From Patescibacteria group bacterium (GTDB lineage Bacteria > Patescibacteriota > Patescibacteriia > Patescibacteriales > UBA12465): DNA of 62,811 nucleotides. Each line of letters opens with the position of its first letter. Positions within the stretch are counted from its first letter, which is position 1. Below the pieces are notes generated by a model. The model saw only the letters and a list, made by a program, of their open reading frames with translations. It had not been told where the DNA came from and did not search any database. The translations under genes were made by a program, and so were the position numbers. This document shows, piece by piece, positions 37,660 through 48,017 of the stretch. The stretch is from the NCBI GenBank assembly GCA_016938835.1, contig JAFGTW010000019.1:1-62811 (forward strand). Reading direction: 5' to 3'.

Positions 37660-38241
37660 TTATTCTTTACTAATTATTTTATCAATTAAACCATATTTTT
37701 TAGCTTCTTCAGCGCTCATAAAATTGTCGCGATCGCTATCTTTTTCAACGTTTGTAATTTTTTGTCCAGTGTGATTAGATAGTATTTGATTAATTTTATC
37801 TTTAATTTTTAAAATATGTTCAGCGCGGATTTTTATATCAGACGCCTGCCCTTCGGCTCCACCCATGACTTGATGAATCATTATTTCGCTGTTGGGTAAA
37901 GCTAGTCGTTTGCCCTTTTCTCCGGCAGCTAATAGAACAGAAGCCATTGATGCAGCCATGCCAATACAGATAGTTGAAACTGGACATTTAATGTATTGCA
38001 TAGTGTCATAAATTGCTAAACCTGCTGAAACAGATCCTCCGGGCGAGTTAATGTAGAATTTAATATCTTTTTCTTTATCTTCAGCGGCCAGAAAAAGCAT
38101 TTGAGCAATAACAATATTAGCGACATGGTCATCAATAGCTTCGCCTAAAAAAATAATACGGTCTTTGAGTAGACGTGAATAAATATCATAAGCTCGCTCT
38201 ACTTGTCCTTCTTTTTCAATTACTGTTGGTATAAGTGGCAT
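37660..38241 (-). CDS. clpP: ATP-dependent Clp protease proteolytic subunit
   Basis: [26 protein letters not shown], catalytic Ser in GMAASMAS, His in IMIHQ. Confidence 0.97.
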   Translation of the reverse strand: MPLIPTVIEKEGQVERAYDIYSRLLKDRIIFLGEAIDDHVANIVIAQMLFLAAEDKEKDIKFYINSPGGSVSAGLAIYDTMQYIKCPVSTICIGMAASMASVLLAAGEKGKRLALPNSEIMIHQVMGGAEGQASDIKIRAEHILKIKDKINQILSNHTGQKITNVEKDSDRDNFMSAEEAKKYGLIDKIISKE

Positions 38242-38313
38242 ATAATTAATTGTTTATTTTTTAGCTATTATTAAGAATTATATGTTAATTTATGTTTTTT
38301 GTAAAGACTTGTC

Positions 38314-38342
38314 TTGATTTTTTCCCATTTTTAGTCTAAGAT
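38314..38342 (+). promoter_or_regulatory. Sigma70-like promoter candidate for secDF
   Basis: TTGATT, 17 nt, TAAGAT, about 40 nt upstream of the ATG at 38383. Confidence 0.35.
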
Positions 38343-38382
38343 TTTAAAAGTTTCTAATCATCGCCAATAATTAATAAATTTT

Positions 38383-40272
38383 ATGTTACAATCACAGAAG
38401 TTTTCGAATTTATTTAAACATCATCGTCAGCGATGGCTGATGACCCTAGTGGTTATTTTTGCCGTTTTAGGCTTTGTTTTGGCCGCCAGTAATTATTATA
38501 ATCAAGGCGTTGAGGCTCTAGCTAGGGTTACTAATAATGTTATTGTTTTACCTACGGTAACACATAGCTCTTTTGTCTTGGGTCTAGATTTGCAAGGAGG
38601 AACTCAGTTAGTTTATGAAGCTGATGTTACTAGCGTTCCTGAAGCAGATCGGTTGAGCTCTTTAGAGGGGGTGCGAGATATTATTGAACGCAGAGTGAAC
38701 TCTGCTGGCGTGAGTGAGCCGATAGTTCAAATTAATCGTACAATGAAAGGTGATTATCGCATTATCGCTGAACTTGCTGGAGTTAAAGATGTAAATGAGG
38801 CTATTAAAATGATTGGCGAAACACCTTTATTGGAATTTAAAGAGCAGAGTACTGATAATCAACAGGTTGATCTAAGTCCTAATGCCGAAGCTGTTGCTTT
38901 TAATAAACAGGTCATGACTGATGCTCAAGATGCTTTAAAAGAACTTGCTAATACTAGCGATTGGCAAGTTGTTGTTGATAAATATAAGGCAGTTTTAAGT
39001 AATAATGATAATATTACCGCAGATAATCAGCCTGAGCTTTTTGATGCTTTGAAAGATTTATCAGCTGGTGATGTCGTAGCAAAACCTGTTCAAACAAGTA
39101 GTAGTATTGTTGTGGCTAAATTATTATCCAAAAATGAACAGGACAATCCTTTTAAAGATCAGGAAGGACAAATGCCAACAATTACTACCTATAGCGCTCA
39201 AGTTTTAACTTTTGCTGCTCAAGATGAATCTCCAGTTTTAAATATTGGTGATAATTGGAAAAATACAGAGCTATCTGGTAAAAATTTAAAAAGAGCAACT
39301 TTGCAGTTTAACCCACAAGATGCGACCCCAGAAGTATCTTTAGAATTTGATGCTGAGGGAGCAAAAATGTTTGCTGACATTACTGAGCGTAATATTGGCA
39401 AGCCAGTGGCTATTTTTCTTGATGGTTATGCCATTAGTGTTCCTAATGTAAATGAGCGCATTCCCGACGGTCGAGCAATTATTTCTGGACGTTTTAATGT
39501 TCAGGAAGCAAAATTATTAGTACAGCGTTTAAATACTGGTGCTTTGCCAGTGCCAATTAATCTAGTTAGTCAGCAAACAGTTGGTGCTAGTTTAGGACAG
39601 AAATCAATCAACAACAGTGTGACGGCGGGTTTACTTGGTTTTCTTTTGGTTACGATCTTCATGATCATGTTTTATCGTTTACCAGGCGTGATGTCCGTTC
39701 TATCTTTAGGTATTTATGCTTTAACAGTATTAACCATCTTCAAGACTTCACCTATCTGGTTAGCCCTCATATTTCTTGCTCTTTTGGTTTTATTGTTTGT
39801 TAGCGTTTTTAATCATCTTAAAATATTTGATGGGCTTTTTTCGGCTGGTTTATTTGTAGTGATTTTAGTATTTTTAGTTTTTTATGCTAACCAACCAATT
39901 ACTTTAACTCTGGCTGGTATTACTGGTTTCATTTTATCAGTGGGTATGGCTGTGGATGCTAATGTTCTTATTTTTGAGCGCATGAAAGAGGAATTGCGTT
40001 CTGGCAAACCTCTTGCTACCGCTCTCGATGAAGCTTTCAGACGCGCCTGGCCTTCTATTCGTGATGGTAATATTACTACTATTTTAACTTGCTTTGTTTT
40101 AATGGCCTTTGGCACTGGTTTAGTTAAAGGTTTTGGTGCCACCCTGTTTATTGGTGTGTCTATTTCCATGTTTAGCAGCATCGTTATCACTTATATTCTC
40201 TTAAAAGTCTTTAATGGCAATTGGTTGGATCGTCACCGCTGGTTGCTCGGTTCTCGCCGGATTAACAAATAA
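38383..40272 (+). CDS. secD: Protein translocase subunit SecD
   Basis: N-terminal TM, large external domain (LGLDLQGG, VSEPIVQ), then a C-terminal 5-TM bundle with VDANVLIFERMKEE. Confidence 0.93.
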   Translation: MLQSQKFSNLFKHHRQRWLMTLVVIFAVLGFVLAASNYYNQGVEALARVTNNVIVLPTVTHSSFVLGLDLQGGTQLVYEADVTSVPEADRLSSLEGVRDIIERRVNSAGVSEPIVQINRTMKGDYRIIAELAGVKDVNEAIKMIGETPLLEFKEQSTDNQQVDLSPNAEAVAFNKQVMTDAQDALKELANTSDWQVVVDKYKAVLSNNDNITADNQPELFDALKDLSAGDVVAKPVQTSSSIVVAKLLSKNEQDNPFKDQEGQMPTITTYSAQVLTFAAQDESPVLNIGDNWKNTELSGKNLKRATLQFNPQDATPEVSLEFDAEGAKMFADITERNIGKPVAIFLDGYAISVPNVNERIPDGRAIISGRFNVQEAKLLVQRLNTGALPVPINLVSQQTVGASLGQKSINNSVTAGLLGFLLVTIFMIMFYRLPGVMSVLSLGIYALTVLTIFKTSPIWLALIFLALLVLLFVSVFNHLKIFDGLFSAGLFVVILVFLVFYANQPITLTLAGITGFILSVGMAVDANVLIFERMKEELRSGKPLATALDEAFRRAWPSIRDGNITTILTCFVLMAFGTGLVKGFGATLFIGVSISMFSSIVITYILLKVFNGNWLDRHRWLLGSRRINK

Positions 40273-40310
40273 ATAAACGAGCGGATTTAAAATTCGCCTT
40301 AACATTGTAT

Positions 40311-41219
40311 ATGATTAATTTTAAAGTTATTAAAAGACGCAAACTCTGGTTATCCCTTTCTGGTGTTTTAGTAGCGGCTTCCATTACCTTCCTTTTTATG
40401 TGGGGCTTAAATTTTGGCCTTGACTTTACCGGTGGCAGTTTGATGGAAGTGAAGTTTGATGGTGGGCAGCCTTCGGTGACCGCTATTCAAGCTGAATTGG
40501 TTAATTTAAATATTAGCAATGTAGTTATTCAACCTACGACTGATGCCATGATTTTACGCTTTCAAGAAAGTGATGAGGATACTCATCAGGCTGTCTTGGG
40601 CGCTTTAAAGCAATTACCAGAAGCTCAGTCTGGTTTAGAAGAATCAAGATTTGAAGCCATTGGACCTTCTATCGGACAGGAATTGAGAAGCAAGGCTTTT
40701 TGGTTGGCGATTATGGTTCTTTTGGTAATTATTATTTATGTTGGCTTTGCCTTCCAGCGAGTGTCTAAGCCAGTCGCTTCTTGGAAATATGGTATGATTG
40801 CCATTGTTGCTCTATTCCATGATGTTTTAATTACGATGGGCGTGTTTTCAGTTCTTGGTCATTTTTACGGAGTGGAAGTAAATACCGCTTTTGTAGTCGC
40901 TATTTTAACTGTGCTTGGTTATAGTGTGAATGATACTATTGTAGTATTTGATCGTACTCGTGAAAACTTGCCTAAGAGTGCCACCAGTTTTGCAGAAACA
41001 GTTAATACGAGTATTAATCAGACTTTTGTCCGCTCTATTAATACCGTTATCACTACTTTATTGGCTTTAATCGCTGTCTTATTGTTTGGGGGCGATTCTA
41101 TTAAGGAATTTGTCTTGGCTTTGATTATTGGTATTTTTTCTGGAGCCTACAGTTCAATCTTCGTCGCCAGTCCGCTTCTGGTTGTTTGGGAAAGATGGCA
41201 ACATCGTCAGCGTGCTTAA
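40311..41219 (+). CDS. secF: Protein translocase subunit SecF
   Basis: LGLDFTGG, YSVNDTIVVFDRTREN and 6 TM segments. The ORF opens at TTG 40305; ATG at 40311. Confidence 0.93.
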   Translation: MINFKVIKRRKLWLSLSGVLVAASITFLFMWGLNFGLDFTGGSLMEVKFDGGQPSVTAIQAELVNLNISNVVIQPTTDAMILRFQESDEDTHQAVLGALKQLPEAQSGLEESRFEAIGPSIGQELRSKAFWLAIMVLLVIIIYVGFAFQRVSKPVASWKYGMIAIVALFHDVLITMGVFSVLGHFYGVEVNTAFVVAILTVLGYSVNDTIVVFDRTRENLPKSATSFAETVNTSINQTFVRSINTVITTLLALIAVLLFGGDSIKEFVLALIIGIFSGAYSSIFVASPLLVVWERWQHRQRA

Positions 41220-41244
41220 TAAAAATAGAAAATATATAAAATTT

Positions 41245-41280
41245 AAACTCCAAATCTTTAATGGTTTGGAGTTTTTTTGT
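41245..41280 (+). terminator. Rho-independent terminator after secF
   Basis: aaactccaaa-(10-nt loop)-tttggagttt followed by a T-tract. Confidence 0.75.
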
Positions 41281-41281
41281 A

Positions 41282-41290
41282 TGCTATAAT
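41282..41290 (+). promoter_or_regulatory. Extended -10 promoter element TGCTATAAT
   Basis: TGcTATAAT lies 23 nt upstream of the ATG at 41313. Confidence 0.4.
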
Positions 41291-41312
41291 TAGTTAATAG
41301 ATTAAAAGACTT

Positions 41313-43628
41313 ATGAAAAAAATTAATTGGACTTCTATATTCTCGCTCATACAAAAAATCGCTTTTTGGTCGTCTTTGCTTATTATACCTTTATCAATGT
41401 CTTTTTTCTTTCCAATTTACAGCCCTTTTACTTTGATAAAATTTTTTTGGCTACAATTGTTGGGGACGATTATTTTATTAGCTAATTTAATTATATTTAA
41501 AAAGAATTTATTAAGCGTTGCTTCTTATCAGCGCTTTATTGCGGGCTTAGCGCCACTAGTTCTTTTTTTATTGGGGTGGTCAATTTTATCGTTGTTTTCA
41601 GTTAACTTGTCTCAAACTTGGTTAGGTTCTTATGACCGAAAAATGGGGCTAGTTTTTTATTATTTTTTGTCTGTTTATTTTGCTTATATTGTTTATTATT
41701 TTTCTAATTTTAATTTTAAGGAAAAAATTAGAAATGTTATGACTTGGTCGAGGGCTACAGCGCGCTTATCATTTTTAATGATGGTGAGTGGTAGCGTGGT
41801 GGCAATTTATGCTTGTTTACAGTTTATTGGTTATGATTTTGCTCAATGGCAAGAAGGACAGTTACTTGGTCGGGCTATTTCAACTCTAGGCCAGCCAAAT
41901 TTCTTAGCTTCTTTGTTACTCTTAACTGTGCCTTTGTCTATATTGGTATTAGTAAAAACAAAAAAAATTCTCTTTTTAAGCTTATCTCTAATAGCTGTTA
42001 TTTTACAGTTTCTCGCTTTATTAATGAGTGGATCAAGGGCTGCTTGGTTAGCGATAGCAGTTGTAGCAGTTTTAGTTCTAATAGTAGAAACTTGGCGTCA
42101 ACGTCATTTTAAAATTTTATGGCTTATACCTCTCTTCCTTATTTTTTTAGTGACGACAGCTTATTTTGTCTCACCAGTACGCCTGCAATCTTTGGTTAAT
42201 TTTAATGCAGGCAGTATTGCTTTGCGCCGCTCTTTTTACCAAGCTGCTGGAAGGGTTATTCCAAATAATATTTGGACTGGGATTGGCTTGGAAAATGGAG
42301 GAGAAGTTATTGTTGGTCAGTATCAGCAGGATTGGGGTATATTTATGAAGGTTGATGCTTATACAGACAAGGTTCATAATAGTGTACTGGATGTTATTAT
42401 TCAGACTGGTATCATCGGTTTAATTTTTTGGTTGTTTTTATATATATTTTGGGCCTGGCAATGTTGGCGTTTATGGTTAAAGCCACAAGGAAGAGCCTTC
42501 GCTTTAGCAGCTGCCAGCGCCATGCTTGCTTACGCCATTTCTTTATTTTTTGGTTTAGCGGATATTGCTGGTGTATTTTATTTTTGGATTTTAGCCGCTT
42601 TCGTGGTGGCAGGTAATTTAAGTCTTAGCGAGGAATCATCGTTAAGGGATTATTTTATTAAATGGAAGAAATTATTACAATTTTTTAAACAGGGAATTAG
42701 GTTATCAATCAGACAAATATTAATGACAATTATAGCGGCCATTTTATTTGGTCTCGCTGCTAGTCAGGCTTATACGGGGCTAAACTCCTTGCAAGCGGAT
42801 TATTATTTTCTGCAAATTTATCGTTTATTGCCGACACAGCGATATTTTCATATTAGTGCTTTAAGTAGCTATATATTGGAGACTGAAAAAAATCCTGTAA
42901 ATTTACATTACTATGAACGTTCTATTGGCCTTTTTGCTTTAAATGACTTTAAAGTTTTGCCAGATTTATCTAGTAAAAAAGTTGCTCAAATTTTAATTAA
43001 TGATATTTATAAACTTTTGCCAGAAGATGTTTATGAAAATAAGTTGGTGAAATCTAATCTAGTTTGTTATTTAGAAGGCGCAGAAAACGCTCGCGCTATC
43101 TTTTCTGATTTATTTTTACTCAGTCCTCGTCGCCCTTTAGTTTATCGTAATTGGGCGGAGTGCTTGCAATCATCTGCTATGCCTGATGAATCTTTACTCT
43201 TTTATGATAAGAGTTTAGATTTATTGCCGAGTATAAACGACCCTCGTTTAAATGAAGAACATAAAGAGTATCTAGCTTATTATTTACACCGAATAAAAAA
43301 TCAGCAGGGTGACTTGTATCAAGAATTACATCAATATGAAGAAGCGATAAGTGCTTACAGTCAGGCTTATACTTATTTTTCTGAGGACATGTCTTCTTTA
43401 AAGAAAAAAGCTGACGTTTACTATTTATTAAAAAATTTAGAATCAAGTAAAGATACATTGCAACAAATATTAAAACGTGAACCTACAAATTTTCATATTA
43501 TTCTTAATCTCGCTGTAGTTTATCAAGAGTTAGGAGATGAAAAAAAAGCGCAAATTTATTGGGAGAAAGCCTCGGCTTTAGTCCCTGGAGAGGCTTTACC
43601 TGCTTTGACTGAATTAATTTATTTTTAA
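41313..43628 (+). CDS. Wzy_C/O-antigen-ligase-like polytopic membrane protein with a C-terminal TPR domain
   Basis: 771 aa. LMSGSRAAWLAIAVVAV is a Wzy_C-type segment. About 12 TM segments, then about 300 aa of TPR-like repeats (YEEAISAYSQAY, LAVVYQELGDEKKAQIYWEKA). Confidence 0.8.
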   Translation: MKKINWTSIFSLIQKIAFWSSLLIIPLSMSFFFPIYSPFTLIKFFWLQLLGTIILLANLIIFKKNLLSVASYQRFIAGLAPLVLFLLGWSILSLFSVNLSQTWLGSYDRKMGLVFYYFLSVYFAYIVYYFSNFNFKEKIRNVMTWSRATARLSFLMMVSGSVVAIYACLQFIGYDFAQWQEGQLLGRAISTLGQPNFLASLLLLTVPLSILVLVKTKKILFLSLSLIAVILQFLALLMSGSRAAWLAIAVVAVLVLIVETWRQRHFKILWLIPLFLIFLVTTAYFVSPVRLQSLVNFNAGSIALRRSFYQAAGRVIPNNIWTGIGLENGGEVIVGQYQQDWGIFMKVDAYTDKVHNSVLDVIIQTGIIGLIFWLFLYIFWAWQCWRLWLKPQGRAFALAAASAMLAYAISLFFGLADIAGVFYFWILAAFVVAGNLSLSEESSLRDYFIKWKKLLQFFKQGIRLSIRQILMTIIAAILFGLAASQAYTGLNSLQADYYFLQIYRLLPTQRYFHISALSSYILETEKNPVNLHYYERSIGLFALNDFKVLPDLSSKKVAQILINDIYKLLPEDVYENKLVKSNLVCYLEGAENARAIFSDLFLLSPRRPLVYRNWAECLQSSAMPDESLLFYDKSLDLLPSINDPRLNEEHKEYLAYYLHRIKNQQGDLYQELHQYEEAISAYSQAYTYFSEDMSSLKKKADVYYLLKNLESSKDTLQQILKREPTNFHIILNLAVVYQELGDEKKAQIYWEKASALVPGEALPALTELIYF

Positions 43629-43633
43629 AAATT

Positions 43634-44440
43634 ATGATGTTTTTATTAACTATTATTATTTTAATGCTCGGCTTATCTTTGGGTAGCTTTGCTAATTGCT
43701 TAATTTGGCGACTATATAAAGAGGAGAGTATTATTGGGCGTTCTTATTGTCCCCTTTGTAAAAATACTTTGCGTTGGTTTCACAATATTCCCTTGCTTAG
43801 TTATATTTTTTTAAAGGGGCGCTGTTATTTTTGTCACAAAAAAATTTCTTGGCAATATCCTTTGGTTGAATTAGTGGTAGCCCTTTTATTTGTTTTATTT
43901 TTTTGGCGTCTTTTAGATTTTAAATATTTAGCTGACGAATCTTTGTGGCTTATTTTACAGAAACCTTCTTTCTATTTGTATTTAATTAGAGACTTGGTGG
44001 TAGTTTGGGTAATGACCATTATCTTTGTTTTTGATTTACGTTATTATTTGATTTCTAATTTTGTGGTTTGGCCAGCGAGTATATTTTTTATTATTATTAA
44101 TTTATTTTTGGGAGTAATTTGGTGGCAAATATTATTAAGTATGGCAGTGGCAGTAGCATTTTTTGGTCTTCAATATTTATTGACGCGTGGTCATGGTTTG
44201 GGTGAAGGTGATATCTGGTTGGGGGCGCTTTTAGGGGCGATATTTCCCGAATGGAGCTTATTAATAACGGCTATTTTGTCGGCTTATTTAGCGGGAACAA
44301 TCGTGGGGTTAACTCTGATTATTAGTGGTCATAAATCCTGGGGCTCAAAATTACCATTAGGTGTATTTTTAGCTATTGGTGCCATACTGGCCTTAATATG
44401 GGGCGAAAACATCGTTCAATATTATTTACATCTTTTTTAG
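43634..44440 (+). CDS. pilD: Type IV prepilin leader peptidase (A24 family)
   Basis: N-terminal CPLC..(x)..CYFC zinc motif with PLLSYIFLKGRC, a GLGEGD aspartyl box, and a polytopic topology. Confidence 0.9.
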   Translation: MMFLLTIIILMLGLSLGSFANCLIWRLYKEESIIGRSYCPLCKNTLRWFHNIPLLSYIFLKGRCYFCHKKISWQYPLVELVVALLFVLFFWRLLDFKYLADESLWLILQKPSFYLYLIRDLVVVWVMTIIFVFDLRYYLISNFVVWPASIFFIIINLFLGVIWWQILLSMAVAVAFFGLQYLLTRGHGLGEGDIWLGALLGAIFPEWSLLITAILSAYLAGTIVGLTLIISGHKSWGSKLPLGVFLAIGAILALIWGENIVQYYLHLF

Positions 44441-44469
44441 TTGTTAATATTTAAAAAATTTATTATAAT
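44441..44469 (+). promoter_or_regulatory. Sigma70-like promoter candidate for ftsA-ftsZ
   Basis: TTGTTA, 17 nt, TATAAT (44464-44469). Confidence 0.5.
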
Positions 44470-44541
44470 AGAATAAGTATGGCTTCAAGTGCTTAATGAT
44501 TATTTTAATGTAATAGCTCTTGTGGTTATTTTAATTATTTT

Positions 44542-45798
44542 ATGAAAGATGACATTATTGCTGGTTTAGATATCGGCTCAACGGCGGTTCGCCTCGTTAT
44601 TGGTCAAAGGATTTCTGGCCCAACCGGTGAAGAATTGCAAATTATTGGAGCAGTTTCCTCACCAACCGCTGGTGTTAGCAAGGGTGTAGTAAACAGTATA
44701 GAGGAAACAACTTCCTCTATTTCGGCTTGTTTAGAAAAGGCTGAAAGAATTGTTGGCGTGCCTATTACTAATGTTTGGGTGGGTATCAACGATCCTAATG
44801 TTAAATGTGAACGTAGTCGAGGTGTTGTGGCTGTTAGTAAAAGTGATGGTGAAATTAGTGAAGCCGATGTTAATCGTGCTATTGAGGCAGCTAGAGCTTT
44901 AGCTGTTCCAGTCAATTACGAAATTTTACATGTCATGCCAATTAAATTTAGTGTTGATAATCAAAATGATATCAAAGATCCTATTGGTATGAGTGGTATT
45001 CGTTTAGAAGTCGAAGCTTTAATAATTCAAGGATTAACCACTCAAACAAAAAATTTAACTAAAGCAATTTTTAGAACTGGTTTAGAAATAGAAGATTTGG
45101 TTATTTCTCCTTTGGCAGCTGCTGAAGCTGTTTTAACTCCTAAGCAAAAAGAATTGGGAGTAGTTTTAGTTAATATCGGATCTTCCACGACTTCTTTGTC
45201 TGTGTATGAAGAGCGTAATTTATTGCATACGGCTGTTTTACCTATTGGTTCCGAATACATAACTAACGATATTGCTTTAGGGCTACGCTGTCCGATAAAT
45301 TTAGCGGAAAGAATTAAATTAGAATATGGTAATGCTAATCCAGAAAATTTTGATAAGGATGAAGAAGTTGATGTGACTCGTTTAGTTAAAGAGGAAGACG
45401 TTAATGATGATATTAGTTTAGTTTCACGTAAGTATATAGCTGAAATTATTGAAGCTAGAGTAGAGGAAATCTTTGATAAAATAGATAAGGAATTGAAAAA
45501 AATTGAACGTTCTGGTATGTTGCCAGCAGGTATTGTTTTTACTGGCGCTGGATCCCAATTAGATGGTTTAATTGATGTTGCTAAGCGTCAATTAAGACTT
45601 CCTGCGGTAATGGGACAATCAAAAAATGTTAGCGTAGTGATTGATAAAGTGAAAACGCCTGAATTTTTGCCTGCTTTAGGCTTGGTTATTTGGGGGGCAC
45701 ATGAATACTCAGGTCAAATTGATAATGGTTTTAAGAGAAATATCGGCGATATTTTTGGTAAGGCCAAAAACATTTTTCAAAAAATTATTCCAAGATAA
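44542..45798 (+). CDS. ftsA: Cell division protein FtsA
   Basis: Actin-fold motifs GLDIGSTAVR, VNIGSSTTSLSV and FTGAGSQLDGL. Lies immediately upstream of ftsZ. Confidence 0.93.
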   Translation: MKDDIIAGLDIGSTAVRLVIGQRISGPTGEELQIIGAVSSPTAGVSKGVVNSIEETTSSISACLEKAERIVGVPITNVWVGINDPNVKCERSRGVVAVSKSDGEISEADVNRAIEAARALAVPVNYEILHVMPIKFSVDNQNDIKDPIGMSGIRLEVEALIIQGLTTQTKNLTKAIFRTGLEIEDLVISPLAAAEAVLTPKQKELGVVLVNIGSSTTSLSVYEERNLLHTAVLPIGSEYITNDIALGLRCPINLAERIKLEYGNANPENFDKDEEVDVTRLVKEEDVNDDISLVSRKYIAEIIEARVEEIFDKIDKELKKIERSGMLPAGIVFTGAGSQLDGLIDVAKRQLRLPAVMGQSKNVSVVIDKVKTPEFLPALGLVIWGAHEYSGQIDNGFKRNIGDIFGKAKNIFQKIIPR

Positions 45799-45856
45799 AA
45801 AATTAAATGAAGAGTAGTCGTTTTCATTATATGTAAGCGGCGATTCAGCCAGAATT

Positions 45857-47065
45857 ATGGCGGAAATAAAACCAGAAATTGAAACTTTTGCAAAAATTAA
45901 AGTTGTTGGTGTTGGCGGCGGCGGCGGCAGCGCCATTAACCGTATGATTGAAAATGGCATTAGAGGTGTTGATTTTGTAGCAATTAATACTGATATTCAA
46001 GCATTGCATTACAATAAAGCCAGTGAAAAAATACATATTGGTAAATCAGTTACTAGAGGTTTAGGTGCTGGCATGAATCCAGACCTAGGTAAAGGAGCAG
46101 CTGAAGAATCACAAAATGAAATTAGGGAGGCCTTGAAAGGTTGCGATATGGTTTTTGTTACTTGCGGTCTTGGTGGTGGTACTGGTTCAGGCGCCTCACC
46201 AATAGTGGCCCAGGTTGCTCGTGATTTAGGGGCCTTAACCGTAGCAGTGGTTACTAAACCTTTTATTTTTGAAGGTGGTCAGCGTAAGAATATTGCTGAC
46301 CGGGCTTTTGCCGATTTAGCCGATAAGGTTGATACTATCATTACCATTTCTAATGATAAGTTATTACAGGTAATTGATAAGCGCACTTCATTACTTGAAG
46401 CTTTCGCTATCGCAGATGATGTTTTAAGACAAGGTGTACAGGGAATTGCTGAAATAATTACCGTGCCTGGTGTAATTAATGCTGACTTTGCCGATGTTAA
46501 AGCGGTTATGGCAAACGCTGGCTCTGCTTTAATGGGCATTGGCCAGGCTAGTGGTGAAAATAAAGCGATTGAAGCGGCAAAGGGAGCTATTAATTCTAAT
46601 CTATTAGACATGTCTATTGATGGTGCTCGTGGTATCGTCTTTACCATTACTGGTGGTCCTGATTTAAGCATGAATGAAGTTAGTGATGCAGCCAAGGTTA
46701 TTACTTCAGCTGCCGATGAAGATGCTAAGATTATTTTTGGTGCTGTGATTGATGAGAAGATGAAGGATCAAATCAAGATTACTGTTGTGGCCACTGGTTT
46801 TGACGGTAAGAGTAAGAGCGGTTCTAAGACTGAACTCAAGAGTTATACTCCTAACCCATTTATTGAAAGTGAAAATGAGAAAGAAAGCAGTGTTGGCGCA
46901 GCTTTATGGGGAGATAAAAAAGCTAAAGTGCCAACCATCAAGAATATTCCACTCAAACCTTTAGTTGAAAAAAAACAAGATATAGTTGAAAATAAGGAAT
47001 CAATTACCGATGAAGAAGATGATTTAAGTGTGCCTGCGTTTATTCGGAAAAAAATGGGCAATTAA
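45857..47065 (+). CDS. ftsZ: Cell division protein FtsZ
   Basis: IKVVGVGGGGGSAINRM, tubulin signature GGGTGSGASPIVA, NTDIQAL, VATGF. Confidence 0.98.
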   Translation: MAEIKPEIETFAKIKVVGVGGGGGSAINRMIENGIRGVDFVAINTDIQALHYNKASEKIHIGKSVTRGLGAGMNPDLGKGAAEESQNEIREALKGCDMVFVTCGLGGGTGSGASPIVAQVARDLGALTVAVVTKPFIFEGGQRKNIADRAFADLADKVDTIITISNDKLLQVIDKRTSLLEAFAIADDVLRQGVQGIAEIITVPGVINADFADVKAVMANAGSALMGIGQASGENKAIEAAKGAINSNLLDMSIDGARGIVFTITGGPDLSMNEVSDAAKVITSAADEDAKIIFGAVIDEKMKDQIKITVVATGFDGKSKSGSKTELKSYTPNPFIESENEKESSVGAALWGDKKAKVPTIKNIPLKPLVEKKQDIVENKESITDEEDDLSVPAFIRKKMGN

Positions 47066-47089
47066 TTTCTAAACGAATGTTAATTAAAA

Positions 47090-47116
47090 ATGAGACTGAA
47101 TTTAGTCTCATTTTTA
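47090..47116 (+). terminator. Rho-independent terminator after ftsZ
   Basis: atgagact-gaattt-agtctcat followed by TTTTT. Confidence 0.8.
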
Positions 47117-47135
47117 TTATCTTTTATTCATGATG

Positions 47136-47144
47136 TGATATAAT
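47136..47144 (+). promoter_or_regulatory. Extended -10 promoter element TGATATAAT
   Basis: TGaTATAAT lies 25 nt upstream of the ATG at 47169. Confidence 0.4.
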
Positions 47145-47168
47145 TATTATATTAAGTAATAAATTGAT

Positions 47169-47885
47169 ATGAAAATTGATATTTGCTTACCAGTTTATAA
47201 TGAAGAATTAATTTTTAACAACAACGCTAGCCAATTGTTGGAATTTTTACGTAATAGCAATTTAAAATACGACTGGCAACTTGTTTTTATTGTGAATGGT
47301 TCCAGTTTATTGTTTCAGAAAATGGTTCAAGAATTTGTTAATATAAATAAATCTGACTCTAGTATTTTTTTAGTAGAGGAGCCTGGCAAGGGACGGGCTA
47401 TTAAAACTTATTTTAATTACAGTCAAGCTGATGTTTTAGTTTATATGGATATAGATTTAGCAGTTGATTTAAGTGGCTTCAACTCTTTATTAGCCCCTAT
47501 TTTGAACGGAGAGGCTGACTTATGCTTTGGCTCGAGAATGTTAGCTGCATCGATGGTAAAACGCTCGTACATGCGAGGATTGAGCTCTCAGGCGTATATA
47601 TATCTCTCTCGCTTCTTCTTAAAACATAATTTTAGTGATTTGCAGTGTGGCTTTAAAGCTATTACCGCTAAAGCTTGGCGTCAGATTGGGCACAAAATAC
47701 AAAATAATGACTTTTTCTTTGACACCGAGTTAATATATTTGGCTCAGAAGCAGAAATTAGGTATTCAAGAGATTCCTATTGATTGGGCAGAAAATCGTTA
47801 TAGTATTAGACGCAGTAAAATTAATATTTGGCGCGATTCCTGGTCATTTTTATGGGAGATGTTTAAATTGAGGGGACGCAAATAA
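47169..47885 (+). CDS. Family 2 glycosyltransferase (polyprenol-phosphate sugar transferase-like)
   Basis: ICLPVYNEE, VYMDIDLAV (DxD) and GFKAI motifs of small soluble GT2 enzymes. Confidence 0.85.
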   Translation: MKIDICLPVYNEELIFNNNASQLLEFLRNSNLKYDWQLVFIVNGSSLLFQKMVQEFVNINKSDSSIFLVEEPGKGRAIKTYFNYSQADVLVYMDIDLAVDLSGFNSLLAPILNGEADLCFGSRMLAASMVKRSYMRGLSSQAYIYLSRFFLKHNFSDLQCGFKAITAKAWRQIGHKIQNNDFFFDTELIYLAQKQKLGIQEIPIDWAENRYSIRRSKINIWRDSWSFLWEMFKLRGRK

Positions 47886-48017
47886 GTGCAATGCTTATTT
47901 TGTCTTCAGCTTGTATTATAGATAATAGCTTTAAGTGGCTATTTTATTTTTTATTTATCCACAGGCAAATTGCAAAGAGGGCTTTTATTATCATTTTTAT
48001 ATGAATATTAGATGATT

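Noticed and set aside
41154-41354. 66-aa minus-strand ORF across the secF / Wzy_C-TPR junction
   Set aside because: It overlaps the secF 3' end, the terminator hairpin and the downstream promoter. Nothing supports coding.
45709-46036. Two minus-strand ORFs at the ftsA-ftsZ junction
   Set aside because: They are antisense to the conserved FtsA C-terminus and the FtsZ N-terminus (the GGGGG-coding run gives poly-Pro/Ala in antisense). They are artefacts.
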